From a virus: DNA of 64,000 nucleotides. Position numbers and translations under genes: made by a program. Each line of letters opens with the position of its first letter. Position 1 is the stretch's first letter. Positions 30,801 through 40,700 of this stretch are shown piece by piece. Below the pieces are notes generated by a model. The model saw nothing but the letters and a program-made list of their open reading frames with translations, did no database searches and had not been told where the DNA came from. The stretch spans positions 1 to 64,000 of IMG/VR virus record IMGVR_UViG_3300008267_000019. The stretch is one strand, 5' to 3'.

Positions 30801-31327
30801 ATTATAATCAAAATGCAAATGCAGCTGATAAAGAGGCAATAAAATTTGATAGCCCAGAAGATGCTGAATATTTTGCAGAACATTATAAAGAAGTTTCTCC
30901 AGGGTTTATTAATAATAATTATAGAACAGGAGGACAATTTCCTAGACCATATAGTTTACCAGAAGATAGTTTTAAACAAGGAGGAAGAAATTTACATAAC
31001 AGTGTTTATGCTTCTTCTAATGCTCAATATCCTGCTATATATAAATTAGGAGGAAATATTAATGTATATAAACAAGGAGGCAGTGTATTATCAATGTCTA
31101 ATACACCTCAATTACAAGGTGAAGGAAAAGATTTAACTGTACCAGAAAATGCTTATATTTACGCTGGCGGAGGATTAATTAAACGTGCTGATGGAAGTTA
31201 CTCACAACGTGGTTTATGGGATAACATTCGTGCAGCAGCACAACGTAATAAAGCAATGGGTAAAACAGGTAAACAACCTACAAAACAAATGTTACAACAA
31301 GAAAAAAAGATTAATAAAAATAAATAA
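27806..31327 (+). CDS. Putative ejected cargo protein containing an ADP-ribosyltransferase (VIP2/Alt-like) domain and [FY]xxGG-delimited modules
   Basis: AYT..YD..IN, R680, S729-T-S731 (DKGFLSTS), E771-G-E773 (FEGEIVLP); nine xxGG motifs. Confidence 0.7.
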   Translation: MKNKPKNIPTYYKFPGTPVYRDTTALPFKAGGSLFPSLYGNSFLENNDKEKKKKRKTKEDLNESSTQGDIVEAIETETGLDPNLTYYKGPTNWGDRLFAKDASGAWYSIEAGQALPFSYDPDYLNQNTTKASDEEALGRLLQSKTLNEVAVTGEKLSWQKYQDEYEKSNPRGEYLEKRKKNYLKSHPGLNRAMGVTMNNFPEDALARFNDKYNKERNTYALEKFVDKDLEEDIDKRGRWIDDVEKSPGLYNMVINSKYGYNLKPNIFSRTLAGAEKLVDWIPGVDPLLDWATGKNRYNDILTEQEQKDVTGWDALAFTEYPGQVLANMIAEGIDPNSNASWETFSGSSSPIVTANPQLETMTQLATGAIGLPFNVMGMANLAKNVGKGVSNVAKANYYDLFKKGNNSFNDINFQNFKTAENTAGELAQGVNTIDNTGATASLNTGQNATGANKILTNEEIKNIIVNEQVPSPKTLLSTEGEILPESASWHTIMEDFKTKLREVDLTKPLTDEDYIKAANAINPEISKVASLDEIKAVHQEALDYFKGEKDPEDIALYIRDALAEKLPSIGEAPTMVDGYPTYSAGFSVSRSLDPNAAQYYGPKSVFDKAKDWGYDLNNLTPKQQNMLAAYTKGYDFPINIGKRFGFQDMGIRGDFYQKNANTLLDAILANKFPNDTSVIRSIKTNYPLTLLDKNKLLETKDISLSETPSTKYRGNLQKSDVIGDKGFLSTSLIPDLTWGKARLGERIMIPGGNKQSYGFPNASSASSSPFEGEIVLPSGLGREVIDVLPDNLANVVGYKYITKILNPYLMPAAIGTTATGTFFGNNNNNYGASFDTPNMQEYLNSLMWDSGKSVLLNSGYFKAYGGPLNDRNINGKLLQSTYASPLGNMFREGGPFGEDKGTFDYATSIYASQPGNYYNNGGEINPMNAMMKARLAYANEFGNPAAKRMVNLPDNPYIFTGQEPYTTPDMAGALGTHYMFSQDNYAIPTIQQGENGQLYYNQNANAADKEAIKFDSPEDAEYFAEHYKEVSPGFINNNYRTGGQFPRPYSLPEDSFKQGGRNLHNSVYASSNAQYPAIYKLGGNINVYKQGGSVLSMSNTPQLQGEGKDLTVPENAYIYAGGGLIKRADGSYSQRGLWDNIRAAAQRNKAMGKTGKQPTKQMLQQEKKINKNK

Positions 31328-31333
31328 GATACT

Positions 31334-34300
31334 ATGAACTTTAAATCCAACGCTGCATATAAAAGATGGTTAGGATATGGCCATGCTTCAGGAGAATTTG
31401 CTAAGACTCCTGGAAATCAACCTGTAAGCATAAAAGGACAATCTCATAAAGTAAAACATGAAATGGGAGGTAATATGTATGCTGACGGAGGAAAGTTTAA
31501 TAATAGTGGCTTCAAAGCTTTGCCTGTAGAGATTCAGAATAAAATTAAAAAGAACTTTATGGCTATGGGAGGAATGATGCCTACACAAATGCCTATGCAA
31601 AATCCTTATAATTCAAATTTTTTAAATAGCGGAATAACTCAAAATTTTGCATTTGGAGGAAGAATAAATAGTTATGCTGGAGGAGGTATGTTAGATAACC
31701 AACTTACGCAATTTACTAATGGGGGTAAACATGAAGAAAATCCAATAGGCGGAATTCCTCAAGGGTTTTCCCCTGATGGTAGAGTTAATTTAGTAGAGCA
31801 AGGAGAAACTAAATTAAATTCTGCAGATTATATATTTTCTGATACTTTAAAAGTTACTAAAGATATTGCGCTTGATTATGGTTTACCTAAAGATACTATA
31901 GGTAAAACATTTGCAGATGCTTCTAAAAAAATGAATAGACCAAATTCTCGTAGAGAAAATGATACTATAGAAGAAGTAGCAAAGCAAAGAGACTTAGATA
32001 ATTTAATGCAAGCTCAAGAAGATTTTAAACAAAGAGATCTTCAAAAAGACATAGACATGATGGCTGAAAAACATCCTGAGTTTATGCAACAAATGATGGG
32101 TCAAGGACAGCCAGAAGGAATACCTCAAGAATTATTAGCGCAAGGAGTTCCACCAGATCAAATGATGGCAGCAGAAGAAATGATGGGAGGACAAACTCCA
32201 CAATCTGTGCAACCAATGGGAATGCCGCAAGGAATGCCTATGGACCCTAATCAAATTCCGCCAGAGATGTTAGCGCAAATGCCTGAAGCACAAATGGGAC
32301 AACCTGTTATGGCTTATGGAGGACATATATATAAATGCGGAGGTAAGATGTATAACTTTGGAGGACATATGTATGCTAATGGAGGTCATATGTATGGAGA
32401 CGGAGGGTTTTTTCAAGGAATGGGAAATGTATTACAATCTGTAGCGCCTATAGCAGGACAAGCTCTTAATACTGTTATTCCTGGTTCTAGTGTAGTAATT
32501 TCTGGAGCTCTTAGTGGTTTAGGAGCAGGATTACAAAATGTAGGCACAGGAGCAGATTTTAAAGAAGTTGCTAAAGATGTAGGAATAGGCGCAGCTAAAG
32601 GTGCTATTGGAGGTATTGTACCAGGAAAAGATATAAGTAAATTAGGACAATTAGCATTAGACACTGCTCCTCAAGTAATGGATGTATTAGGAAATACTAT
32701 AAATGCTAATACTAATGATGCCTCAGAAATGAGTTTAATACGACAACAAGAAGCGTTAAATGCTCCTAAAATGGTATCAGGTTATAATATGTCTCCTACT
32801 CCTATGCAAATGAAGTACGGTGGATATAAAGCACAAGCACCTTGGCATAATTTTCCACAATATACTCCTAACTATCCTGGTAACGCAGGTCCTATGTATA
32901 TGGGATTAGGAACTAATTTATTTGCTGATGGAGGAATGATGATGCCTGGCCCAGGAGATCCTCCTAAAAATGATGCAACAACTTTAGATGAAGTTGTAGT
33001 AACTGCTGGTCCACAAGGTCCTGTTATAATAGACAATCCTATATACAGTAATTTAATGGAACAATATACTGCAGGATTACCTAAAGGAGGAACTTACAAT
33101 AATAAAACTTGGTCTGGAACATCCGTAAGAGATGCAGATCTTACAAGAAAACTTACTGATGAAGAACTAGCTAATTGGACAAAATATTATCAAAATAGAA
33201 CTAGACAAGAAATAAATAGTTTAAAAGCACAAGGACAAGATTATAGTGAAAAATTAGCTCAATATAATTTTATACCTAAAGCAATGTATGTTCCCGCTAT
33301 TCCTACAGGAATGGGAGAAGATTATTATTCTAATCCAGAAAATTGGTATTATAATACAAAACATTTAGGAGAAAATTATTCTAAACCTTCTAAACAAATA
33401 GAAGATATTTTTGCTGTTAATACTACACCTCAAATTATTCAAGAACAAGCCCCTGTATTACCTACTATTACAATGGCTGAAGCAGAAGCTATGAAAAATA
33501 AAGCAATGCAAGAATTTGGTTCTGGTGTATTACAAGGAAAAAATTGGAATTATAATGAACAACCTAAAAATTATACAGGAACTCAAGCAGGGGGAGGTAT
33601 GTTTAATTACTGGGATGAAAGTGATCCTACTCAAGCAGCTAATCAAAAAGAATATGAACAATTTATTCAAGATCAATTAGTTGCAAATCCTGATAAAGTT
33701 TTATACTCTAATTTATCAGGAGTAGATATGTATTCCAATCCTAACTATGAAGCTGAATTAGCAAAAAATATTAATGAAGGTCCTCAAGGTCATTTATATG
33801 ATCAATTTATTGCTAAAAAATATAATGAGTATATAAATAACCCAGAATGGGTAAATAGTTTATCAGAAGAAGATAAAGCAAAATATTTATTTGATAATAG
33901 TAAATATAATGTTCAAATGAATGTCCCAGAAGTAATGGGATTTGCTAATGGAGGTTATATAAATAGAAATAATACTATGTATTCCCCTGACCTTACTTAT
34001 GCTGCAAAGATGGGAGGTCGTATATATAACTACGGAGGAGGGTTAAAAAATCCTTTAATGTCTTTACCTCAAGATAATTTTATTAGATATGATGAAGGGG
34101 GTAAAATAGTACAAGGAGCAGGCACAGATACTTATCAATATAAATATGAAAATGGCAATTACTATACTGCTAAAAAAGGAACTGCTGATTGGAAAAAAGT
34201 AGAACCTACAAATAAAACTGTTTATACTGCTGTAAAAACTTTAATAGATAATTATAAACCAGAAGTTGGAGGTCCAGGCGGAGGTAGTCAATATGATTTA

Positions 34301-35134
34301 ATGATGTCTAATATTGCAGCAGAAGAATCTGGTGAATTAATTCCCCCTACTATGGCAGAAGTAGAGGCTAATCGTGCTATTGCAGACGCACAAGAAAAAA
34401 TGCAAAATGCAGAAACTTCTGAAGAATACCAAGAAGGTGTTAAAGAATATGAATATGGAGTAAGAACTGCAGAAGAAGCATTAAAAGATAAAAATTTAAA
34501 ATTATCTATGGCACAAAGTATAGGCTCAGGATTAGCAATGGCTGCTCCTGCTGCATATAATTTAACTACAGGATTATTTGGAAAACCAGAACAATTAGAT
34601 TATAAAAATTATGAGATTGCTGCTGATATAACTCCTTATGAATATAATATTAATCCTCAGTTAGCAATGGCAAATCAGACTTTTGCACAAGCTCAAGAAG
34701 CTGCTAGAAATGCTTCTAATGCAGGAAATTATTTATCTAATATGCAAGGATTAGCTAACTTGAGAAATCAAACTGTTGGAGAGTTATACACTAATAAAGA
34801 AAATTTAGATGCTGCTCAAATACAAGCCGCTAAGACTGCTAATAAACAAATTGAAACTGATAACTTAACTAGAAGATTAGAAGTAGAAGATTTTAACAGA
34901 TTATCTAAAGCACAAAAAACTGAAGCTCTTAAAGCTGGATTAGTGCAAATGGCAGACATAGGTAAAAATATGGAAGAGAAAAAAATGCAGTTAGCATTAA
35001 TTAAAGCAATGGCTCCTGATTTTGCTAATACTTTATCTTATAGTACTATAGGAGAACAACTTTTAGAATATTTAAAAAATCAAAAAGCTGCAGGAAATAC
35101 TTCAGCAGAAAGTGAAATATTAAAAACTAAATAA
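31334..35134 (+). CDS. Ejected cargo protein with many [FYM]xxGG motifs and M/Q/P/G low-complexity tracts
   Basis: GGKHEENPIGGIP...VEQGET...YIFSD motif recalled from crAss-like cargo proteins; Gly-rich amphipathic helices; coiled-coil C-terminus. Confidence 0.7.
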   Translation: MNFKSNAAYKRWLGYGHASGEFAKTPGNQPVSIKGQSHKVKHEMGGNMYADGGKFNNSGFKALPVEIQNKIKKNFMAMGGMMPTQMPMQNPYNSNFLNSGITQNFAFGGRINSYAGGGMLDNQLTQFTNGGKHEENPIGGIPQGFSPDGRVNLVEQGETKLNSADYIFSDTLKVTKDIALDYGLPKDTIGKTFADASKKMNRPNSRRENDTIEEVAKQRDLDNLMQAQEDFKQRDLQKDIDMMAEKHPEFMQQMMGQGQPEGIPQELLAQGVPPDQMMAAEEMMGGQTPQSVQPMGMPQGMPMDPNQIPPEMLAQMPEAQMGQPVMAYGGHIYKCGGKMYNFGGHMYANGGHMYGDGGFFQGMGNVLQSVAPIAGQALNTVIPGSSVVISGALSGLGAGLQNVGTGADFKEVAKDVGIGAAKGAIGGIVPGKDISKLGQLALDTAPQVMDVLGNTINANTNDASEMSLIRQQEALNAPKMVSGYNMSPTPMQMKYGGYKAQAPWHNFPQYTPNYPGNAGPMYMGLGTNLFADGGMMMPGPGDPPKNDATTLDEVVVTAGPQGPVIIDNPIYSNLMEQYTAGLPKGGTYNNKTWSGTSVRDADLTRKLTDEELANWTKYYQNRTRQEINSLKAQGQDYSEKLAQYNFIPKAMYVPAIPTGMGEDYYSNPENWYYNTKHLGENYSKPSKQIEDIFAVNTTPQIIQEQAPVLPTITMAEAEAMKNKAMQEFGSGVLQGKNWNYNEQPKNYTGTQAGGGMFNYWDESDPTQAANQKEYEQFIQDQLVANPDKVLYSNLSGVDMYSNPNYEAELAKNINEGPQGHLYDQFIAKKYNEYINNPEWVNSLSEEDKAKYLFDNSKYNVQMNVPEVMGFANGGYINRNNTMYSPDLTYAAKMGGRIYNYGGGLKNPLMSLPQDNFIRYDEGGKIVQGAGTDTYQYKYENGNYYTAKKGTADWKKVEPTNKTVYTAVKTLIDNYKPEVGGPGGGSQYDLMMSNIAAEESGELIPPTMAEVEANRAIADAQEKMQNAETSEEYQEGVKEYEYGVRTAEEALKDKNLKLSMAQSIGSGLAMAAPAAYNLTTGLFGKPEQLDYKNYEIAADITPYEYNINPQLAMANQTFAQAQEAARNASNAGNYLSNMQGLANLRNQTVGELYTNKENLDAAQIQAAKTANKQIETDNLTRRLEVEDFNRLSKAQKTEALKAGLVQMADIGKNMEEKKMQLALIKAMAPDFANTLSYSTIGEQLLEYLKNQKAAGNTSAESEILKTK
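32309..32407 (+). repeat. Five tandem 21-bp (7-aa) repeats encoding MAYGG-HIYKCGG-KMYNFGG-HMYANGG-HMYGDGG
   Basis: The periodicity is visible directly in both DNA and protein. Confidence 0.85.
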
Positions 35135-35136
35135 TA

Positions 35137-37740
35137 ATGACAATTACTCCATATACTACTCCTCTACAGTATGAGTATAAACCATTAAATCTTCTTGCAT
35201 TTGCTGCACCATTAAGCAAAATGCAAGAAGAATTTGATTTAGTTACATCCGCTGTAGACGAAGCAGATTTTGATATTAATTATTTGCCTTATGGAACAGA
35301 TCCAGAAAAAGCAAAAGAATTATTAAAAGTTGTAGAAGGTAAAAGAGATGAGTTAGCTCAAAATTTAGCAGAGACTAAAAATTATAAACAAGCTGCTAGT
35401 AAATTAAAAGAACTTAATACTCTTTGGCAAGAAGATCCTGAATTAGTTGCTATACAAAGTAACTATGCAAAATATGCTACCGATGTACAGTTAGCTAAAG
35501 ATAATGTTAAGTCTGGATATTGGAATCAAACTTATGCAGATCAATGGTTAAACCGTGCAAAACGAGAATACACAGGAACTAATTTTACTGCTGATTATGA
35601 TAATCCTGAAGGAGATTATCAAGTATTTGGAAGAAATCCTAGAGTAAAAGATATTCAAAAAGATTTTGATGAATTAGCTTATAAAGTAGCAGCTGCAGTT
35701 CCAGGAACTACTAGAGAAGGAGCTTTACAAGAAGCAGGAATTGATGTTAGTTTAATGAGTAAAAAATTCTTACAAGAAATTGTAGAAGAAAAAGACGCTA
35801 ATATAGTAGCACAAAAAGTAAGTGCTTATTTAAAAACTCTTCCTCAATATGAAGAATATTTTAGAGAAAAAGCAGATTATGATTTTGCCGATATTAAAGC
35901 AGATCCTGATTTATATAAAGCAACTGCAGTAAGTTTAAATAATGAGTATATAAAAAATTTAGATGCTGAAATAAGTCAAATTAAAGCGGCTGCTAAAAAA
36001 GATAAAAGTTTATTAACTAATCCTGATTATTTAGCTTTATTAGAAGAAAGAGAAGTAGCTGTAAATTCTAAAAATACTGGAGAGTATGATGAAACTGGTA
36101 TTAAAAATTTATATCAAAATGCTTATTTAGCAGATGCATATGATATGACTGCATTAGGAAAAGTATTTGCATATAAAAATGTTAAAAGAAATTATAGCTG
36201 GCAAGATTTATATATTCCTCCTGTTAGTAGTAGTGGTGGTAGTGGCGGAGACGGCACTGACTGGACAGGTTTAGGCGGAGGATTTTGGAAAGAGGCGGGG
36301 GAAGAAACCTTAGATTATTCTACTCTAAAAGATTTAAGAAATAAATCAGCTGCTAGTTTAAGTCCTATTGTACAAAATATTGGAAAACTAGCAGGAAGTG
36401 CTGTAGCAAGAATTACTATTGGAACAGCAGGAAGTGATTTATACAAAAAAACAAAATACGATCAATCTTTAATTTGGAATAATCAGCAAAAATTACTTAA
36501 TGTGATTACCCAAAGTGGGGGAAATGCTAATACTATTATTGCTAAAGCAAAAGAAGTTGGATTAACAGTTTCTGCAGCAGATGCTAAAAGATTAGTAACT
36601 GCTTTTGGAAAAAGTGGTGAAGCTATAGGAGATTATCAAACTTTATTAGAACAAGGTAGGTCTTATAAAAATAGTATGACTTCCGCGGGAACTGCTGTAG
36701 ATAATATGATTAAAAATAGTGCTGCAGGTACTGGTATGTTTGCTATGGGATTAGCAGGTTTAGGAAATTCTCCTATATTTCCTGAAGCAGGTCCTGATCC
36801 TATAAGTTATCAAATAGGAAATCCAGGAGTAGGAGTTTCTTTTGGATTAGAAAGTTATGCTTTTAAAGGAGCAGCGGATAAAGAAGTTGCGAAAAAAACT
36901 TGGAATCAACTTGCTAAAGAAAAAGGTTATGATAATCTTCAACAAGCAGTTGCTGCAGGAGAATATTTTGAAGATGTTAAACCTGGAGGAATTAAAGCCG
37001 CATTTGCAGCATTAGGACCTTCAAAAGATGCTACTATAATGACTTATGAATATATAGATGGAAGTAAAAAAGTAAATAATTATGTTGCTAGTATGTTTAG
37101 TACTCCAGATGATTTATTGAATCTTGATCCTGCATATTATGGAAACTGGAGTGATGTTCCTGGATTTAGAGAAGGTGATACAGATGTAAAAATAGATATA
37201 AGCGGAAATACTCAACCTAGACTTGTTAAAGCAGGAGATCAAATACTTTATGAGGTTCCTATAACATATAAAGAAGGTGAAATATTAAAATCAGGAAGAG
37301 TTACAGTAGTACCTTCTGCAGCATTAGGATTACAAAATCAAAAAGTATTAAGAAATATGGATATAATGAGTAGCTCTGATGATGCTGCAGATATCCAAAC
37401 AAATTCTACTATTAAATCTGCAAGGTATGATAGAATATATGAAGGAAATGCTTTAAATGATTATACTTTAAAAAATACTTCAATAACTAAAGGAGGAACT
37501 CCTGTTACTTTAGATATAATACCTTATGATGCATCTACAAGTATTATAGTAGAAAAAACATATGATGCAAATAGTTATGGTCCTAAATTAAAAGTAAAAG
37601 CTGTAAATACTACAACAGGAGAAAGTCAATATTTAACAGATGCATCGGGTAAAATTTGGTATACAGACGCAAGTTCTGTAGGAGCGGCTGATGCAGCAAA
37701 AGCATTTGTAATGAGTGTTATAGATCCTGTAACTCCGTAA
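35137..37740 (+). CDS. Ejected cargo protein (helical N-terminus, Gly/Ser linker)
   Basis: 867 aa; N-terminal Y.PL...F pattern; lies between the GG-motif cargo gene and the RNAP gene. Confidence 0.6.
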   Translation: MTITPYTTPLQYEYKPLNLLAFAAPLSKMQEEFDLVTSAVDEADFDINYLPYGTDPEKAKELLKVVEGKRDELAQNLAETKNYKQAASKLKELNTLWQEDPELVAIQSNYAKYATDVQLAKDNVKSGYWNQTYADQWLNRAKREYTGTNFTADYDNPEGDYQVFGRNPRVKDIQKDFDELAYKVAAAVPGTTREGALQEAGIDVSLMSKKFLQEIVEEKDANIVAQKVSAYLKTLPQYEEYFREKADYDFADIKADPDLYKATAVSLNNEYIKNLDAEISQIKAAAKKDKSLLTNPDYLALLEEREVAVNSKNTGEYDETGIKNLYQNAYLADAYDMTALGKVFAYKNVKRNYSWQDLYIPPVSSSGGSGGDGTDWTGLGGGFWKEAGEETLDYSTLKDLRNKSAASLSPIVQNIGKLAGSAVARITIGTAGSDLYKKTKYDQSLIWNNQQKLLNVITQSGGNANTIIAKAKEVGLTVSAADAKRLVTAFGKSGEAIGDYQTLLEQGRSYKNSMTSAGTAVDNMIKNSAAGTGMFAMGLAGLGNSPIFPEAGPDPISYQIGNPGVGVSFGLESYAFKGAADKEVAKKTWNQLAKEKGYDNLQQAVAAGEYFEDVKPGGIKAAFAALGPSKDATIMTYEYIDGSKKVNNYVASMFSTPDDLLNLDPAYYGNWSDVPGFREGDTDVKIDISGNTQPRLVKAGDQILYEVPITYKEGEILKSGRVTVVPSAALGLQNQKVLRNMDIMSSSDDAADIQTNSTIKSARYDRIYEGNALNDYTLKNTSITKGGTPVTLDIIPYDASTSIIVEKTYDANSYGPKLKVKAVNTTTGESQYLTDASGKIWYTDASSVGAADAAKAFVMSVIDPVTP

Positions 37741-37747
37741 AATTGTT

Positions 37748-37755
37748 TATTTTTG
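37748..37755 (+). promoter_or_regulatory. Bacteroidota-type -7 promoter element (TATTTTTG)
   Basis: TAnnTTTG in a 32-nt intergenic gap, 17 nt before the ATG at 37773. Confidence 0.5.
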
Positions 37756-37772
37756 TTTAAGATATTTATACT

Positions 37773-40700
37773 ATGAAGGCTCCTAAAAAAGAACTTAAAC
37801 CAAATCCTTTACATCAACAATTAAAAGATTTTGCTACAAAAAATGCAGATAATATAGGATATAACAAAGAATATGTAGAAGAATTAAGTACTATAACTCC
37901 TGAAAATACTTCATATAAAGGAGTAGAAGCTTTACATGCTCCTAAAGAAGCCGATATTTATGATCCATATGAAGCATATATAAATAGAACAGAACTTCAT
38001 AGTGGAAGATTTGATATAAATGAATTAAATAGGCTTAGAGCAGAAAATCAATCTAATTGGGCCCAGGCAGGTAATGCTATAGGACAACTTGCTGTTAACA
38101 TAGTTCCTCAAATTGCTTCTACTGTTAGTAACATGATAAATGTTCCAGGATGGTTTTCTGCAGAAGCAGCTGCTGCTAATCCTATACAAGAATGGGCTAG
38201 TGGAATAAAAGAATGGTCTCAAGAAGCTATGCCTATTTATGAGGAAACTCCAGGGCAAATGAATATGGCAGATCCTGCATGGTGGTTTAGCAGAGGAGAA
38301 GGTTTAATAGAATCTATGACATCTTTTGCTATACCAGGAGGTATAGCAGGTAAAGCTGTATCTGCAGGTTTTAAAGGATTAGGAGCAGTAACGAGAGGTA
38401 AACAATTAGTAAGAGCTGTATTAGGAGCAGAAAAGTCTGCAGGGTTATTAAAAGGAATGAGCACATTAGGCACAGCTGCTTTATTAAATCAAGCAGAAGG
38501 TGCTACAATTGCTGCAGATGTTTATAAAAATACTTTAGATTATCAATTAAAGAAAAATGGAGGTAATGTAGACTTAGCTAAAAAGATGGCATCAGAAGCT
38601 GCAGCTACTGCTATGAGTATTAATAGAATTAATATTTTACTAAACCTTACTTCTGCTAGTGCTTTTTTAACTCCTTTTAAACAAACAAGAAATCTTTTAA
38701 AAACTCAAGGAATAGGTTCTACTTTAAGTAAAATAGGTCTAGAAGCAGGTCAAGAAGCTACAGAAGAATTAATAAACCTTGTAGGACAAAAAGCAGGAGA
38801 AGCAAAAGGACGAGAGGAAGAAGATTACGTAGCTAAAGGTCTTGAAGCTATTGGTACAATGGAAGGTTTTGAATCTGTTTTTTTAGGAGCTTTAGGCGGT
38901 GCGGGTCAAACAGGATTAGTAGATGCTAGTCAATATTCTAAATATGGAGCAGGATCAACTAAAGATGCAGAAGGTAATAGAATTAGTTATGCCCAATATC
39001 AAAGTGATCTTTATAATCAACAACAACAAACAATTAAAGAATTAGAAGACCAAGGTGTTCAAGTAAGTGATTCTTTAATGAATGTTAAAGATGCTGTTGT
39101 ATTTAATGAAAAAAGAAATAAAGCAGCTGCTGAAGGAAATCAAGAGGAGTATGATAGACTTAATAATCAAATGTTTGAAAATCAAGCATTAAAAGCATTT
39201 CAATCTGGAACTACTAAAGTATTAGAAAATTTATACAAAGCTGAAGCAGAAAGAGATGTTGAAGAAGTTGGACAAGAATATATTGACAAAGCAAATCAAG
39301 CTGTAAAAGATTTACAAACTCTTGAAAGTGTTTATAATAATTTTGAAGAATATACTAATGTAAATGATATATTCTTTAATCGTGCTAATAAAATTAGAAC
39401 AGATAGAAATTTAGGATACATTCAAGATGCTGCTAAAACTAATAATTTAGAATTAGCGCAATTAGTAAGAAACATAGCAGGTAAATATGAATATGACGTT
39501 GAAAGAGAAGTTCTTTATAAAAAAGAAGGAGAAGTTGAACGTACAGAAACAGTAACAGAAAAAGCACCATTGACATACTCAATGAGTGACTTAGAAAATA
39601 ACACAGGACAAACAGAAGGACAGAAAAAGGTTTATAATAAATTTTTAAAAGAAGTAAAAAAACTTGATGCTTATAAAAGAGAAGTGGGTTACCAACAAGC
39701 TATAAGTAATGGAGAAAAAATTTTAGAAGATAATAATAAAGAATTTGCAGAGTTAACAAGTCCTGAAGCACAAGAAGCTGCTTTATTAAAACAAGAAAAA
39801 GTAGCAGCTATTAAAAGTGCTTATAAAGAAGTAGCAAGTACTAGTTCTAGAGCAAGAATACAAGCTCTAATGGACACTATTGAAGATCCTGATTTTAAAA
39901 GAGTAGCACAATTAAGATTAGATGCTTTAGATAAAGCTAAAGCAAGTAACTTACAACAAAAGAAAAAAGACTTTGCTACTAAAACAATGGAGTCTAAAAT
40001 TTCTAAAGCTAGTTTAGAAGAGTTAGCAACTATTCAAGAAGAAATTAATAAGGCAGATCCTAATGATATTTCTAAAACAGCTAAAGCAGCTTTATTAAAT
40101 AAAGTAGAATTTAGAGCTAGACAGTTAAATAATCAAGTATTAGATCCACAAGAAACCGCAGAAATTCAAGATCCTTTTGCTGACTTTGATTCTCGGTCCC
40201 CAGAAGAATTAGAAAATGAAATAGAGTTAGAACAAAAATCCTTTGATACTACTATTCCTTCAGATTTTCCTAATAATGAAAAAGAAGGTAAAGATGTAGA
40301 AACAGAAGTAGAAAATGCTGCTGTAGATTTATTAGGTTCTGATAAGAGTTTAATAATAGGTACAGATGAAAACGGCAACTTAGTTTATAACTATGAAAAA
40401 AGTGCTGAAGGTTACAATCGCGCAGCTTTCTTATCAAGGGAGTTTAATCAAACAGAAAATGTAGGAATAGTAGATCGAGAAGAAATAACTAATGATGTTA
40501 TTAATTCTAAATTACTAGATCCTGATTTTTTGTTAGCAGGTACTGCATTAACAATGGAAGTTGACAATGATTACACAGGAGAAAAATACGACCCAACTTC
40601 TACAACAAGAGAAACTATTGCTTGGCCTCTTAGATTAAAACAAATTATAGATAAATATGAAGTATTAGGACAAGACTATAGACAATCATATGAATATATA

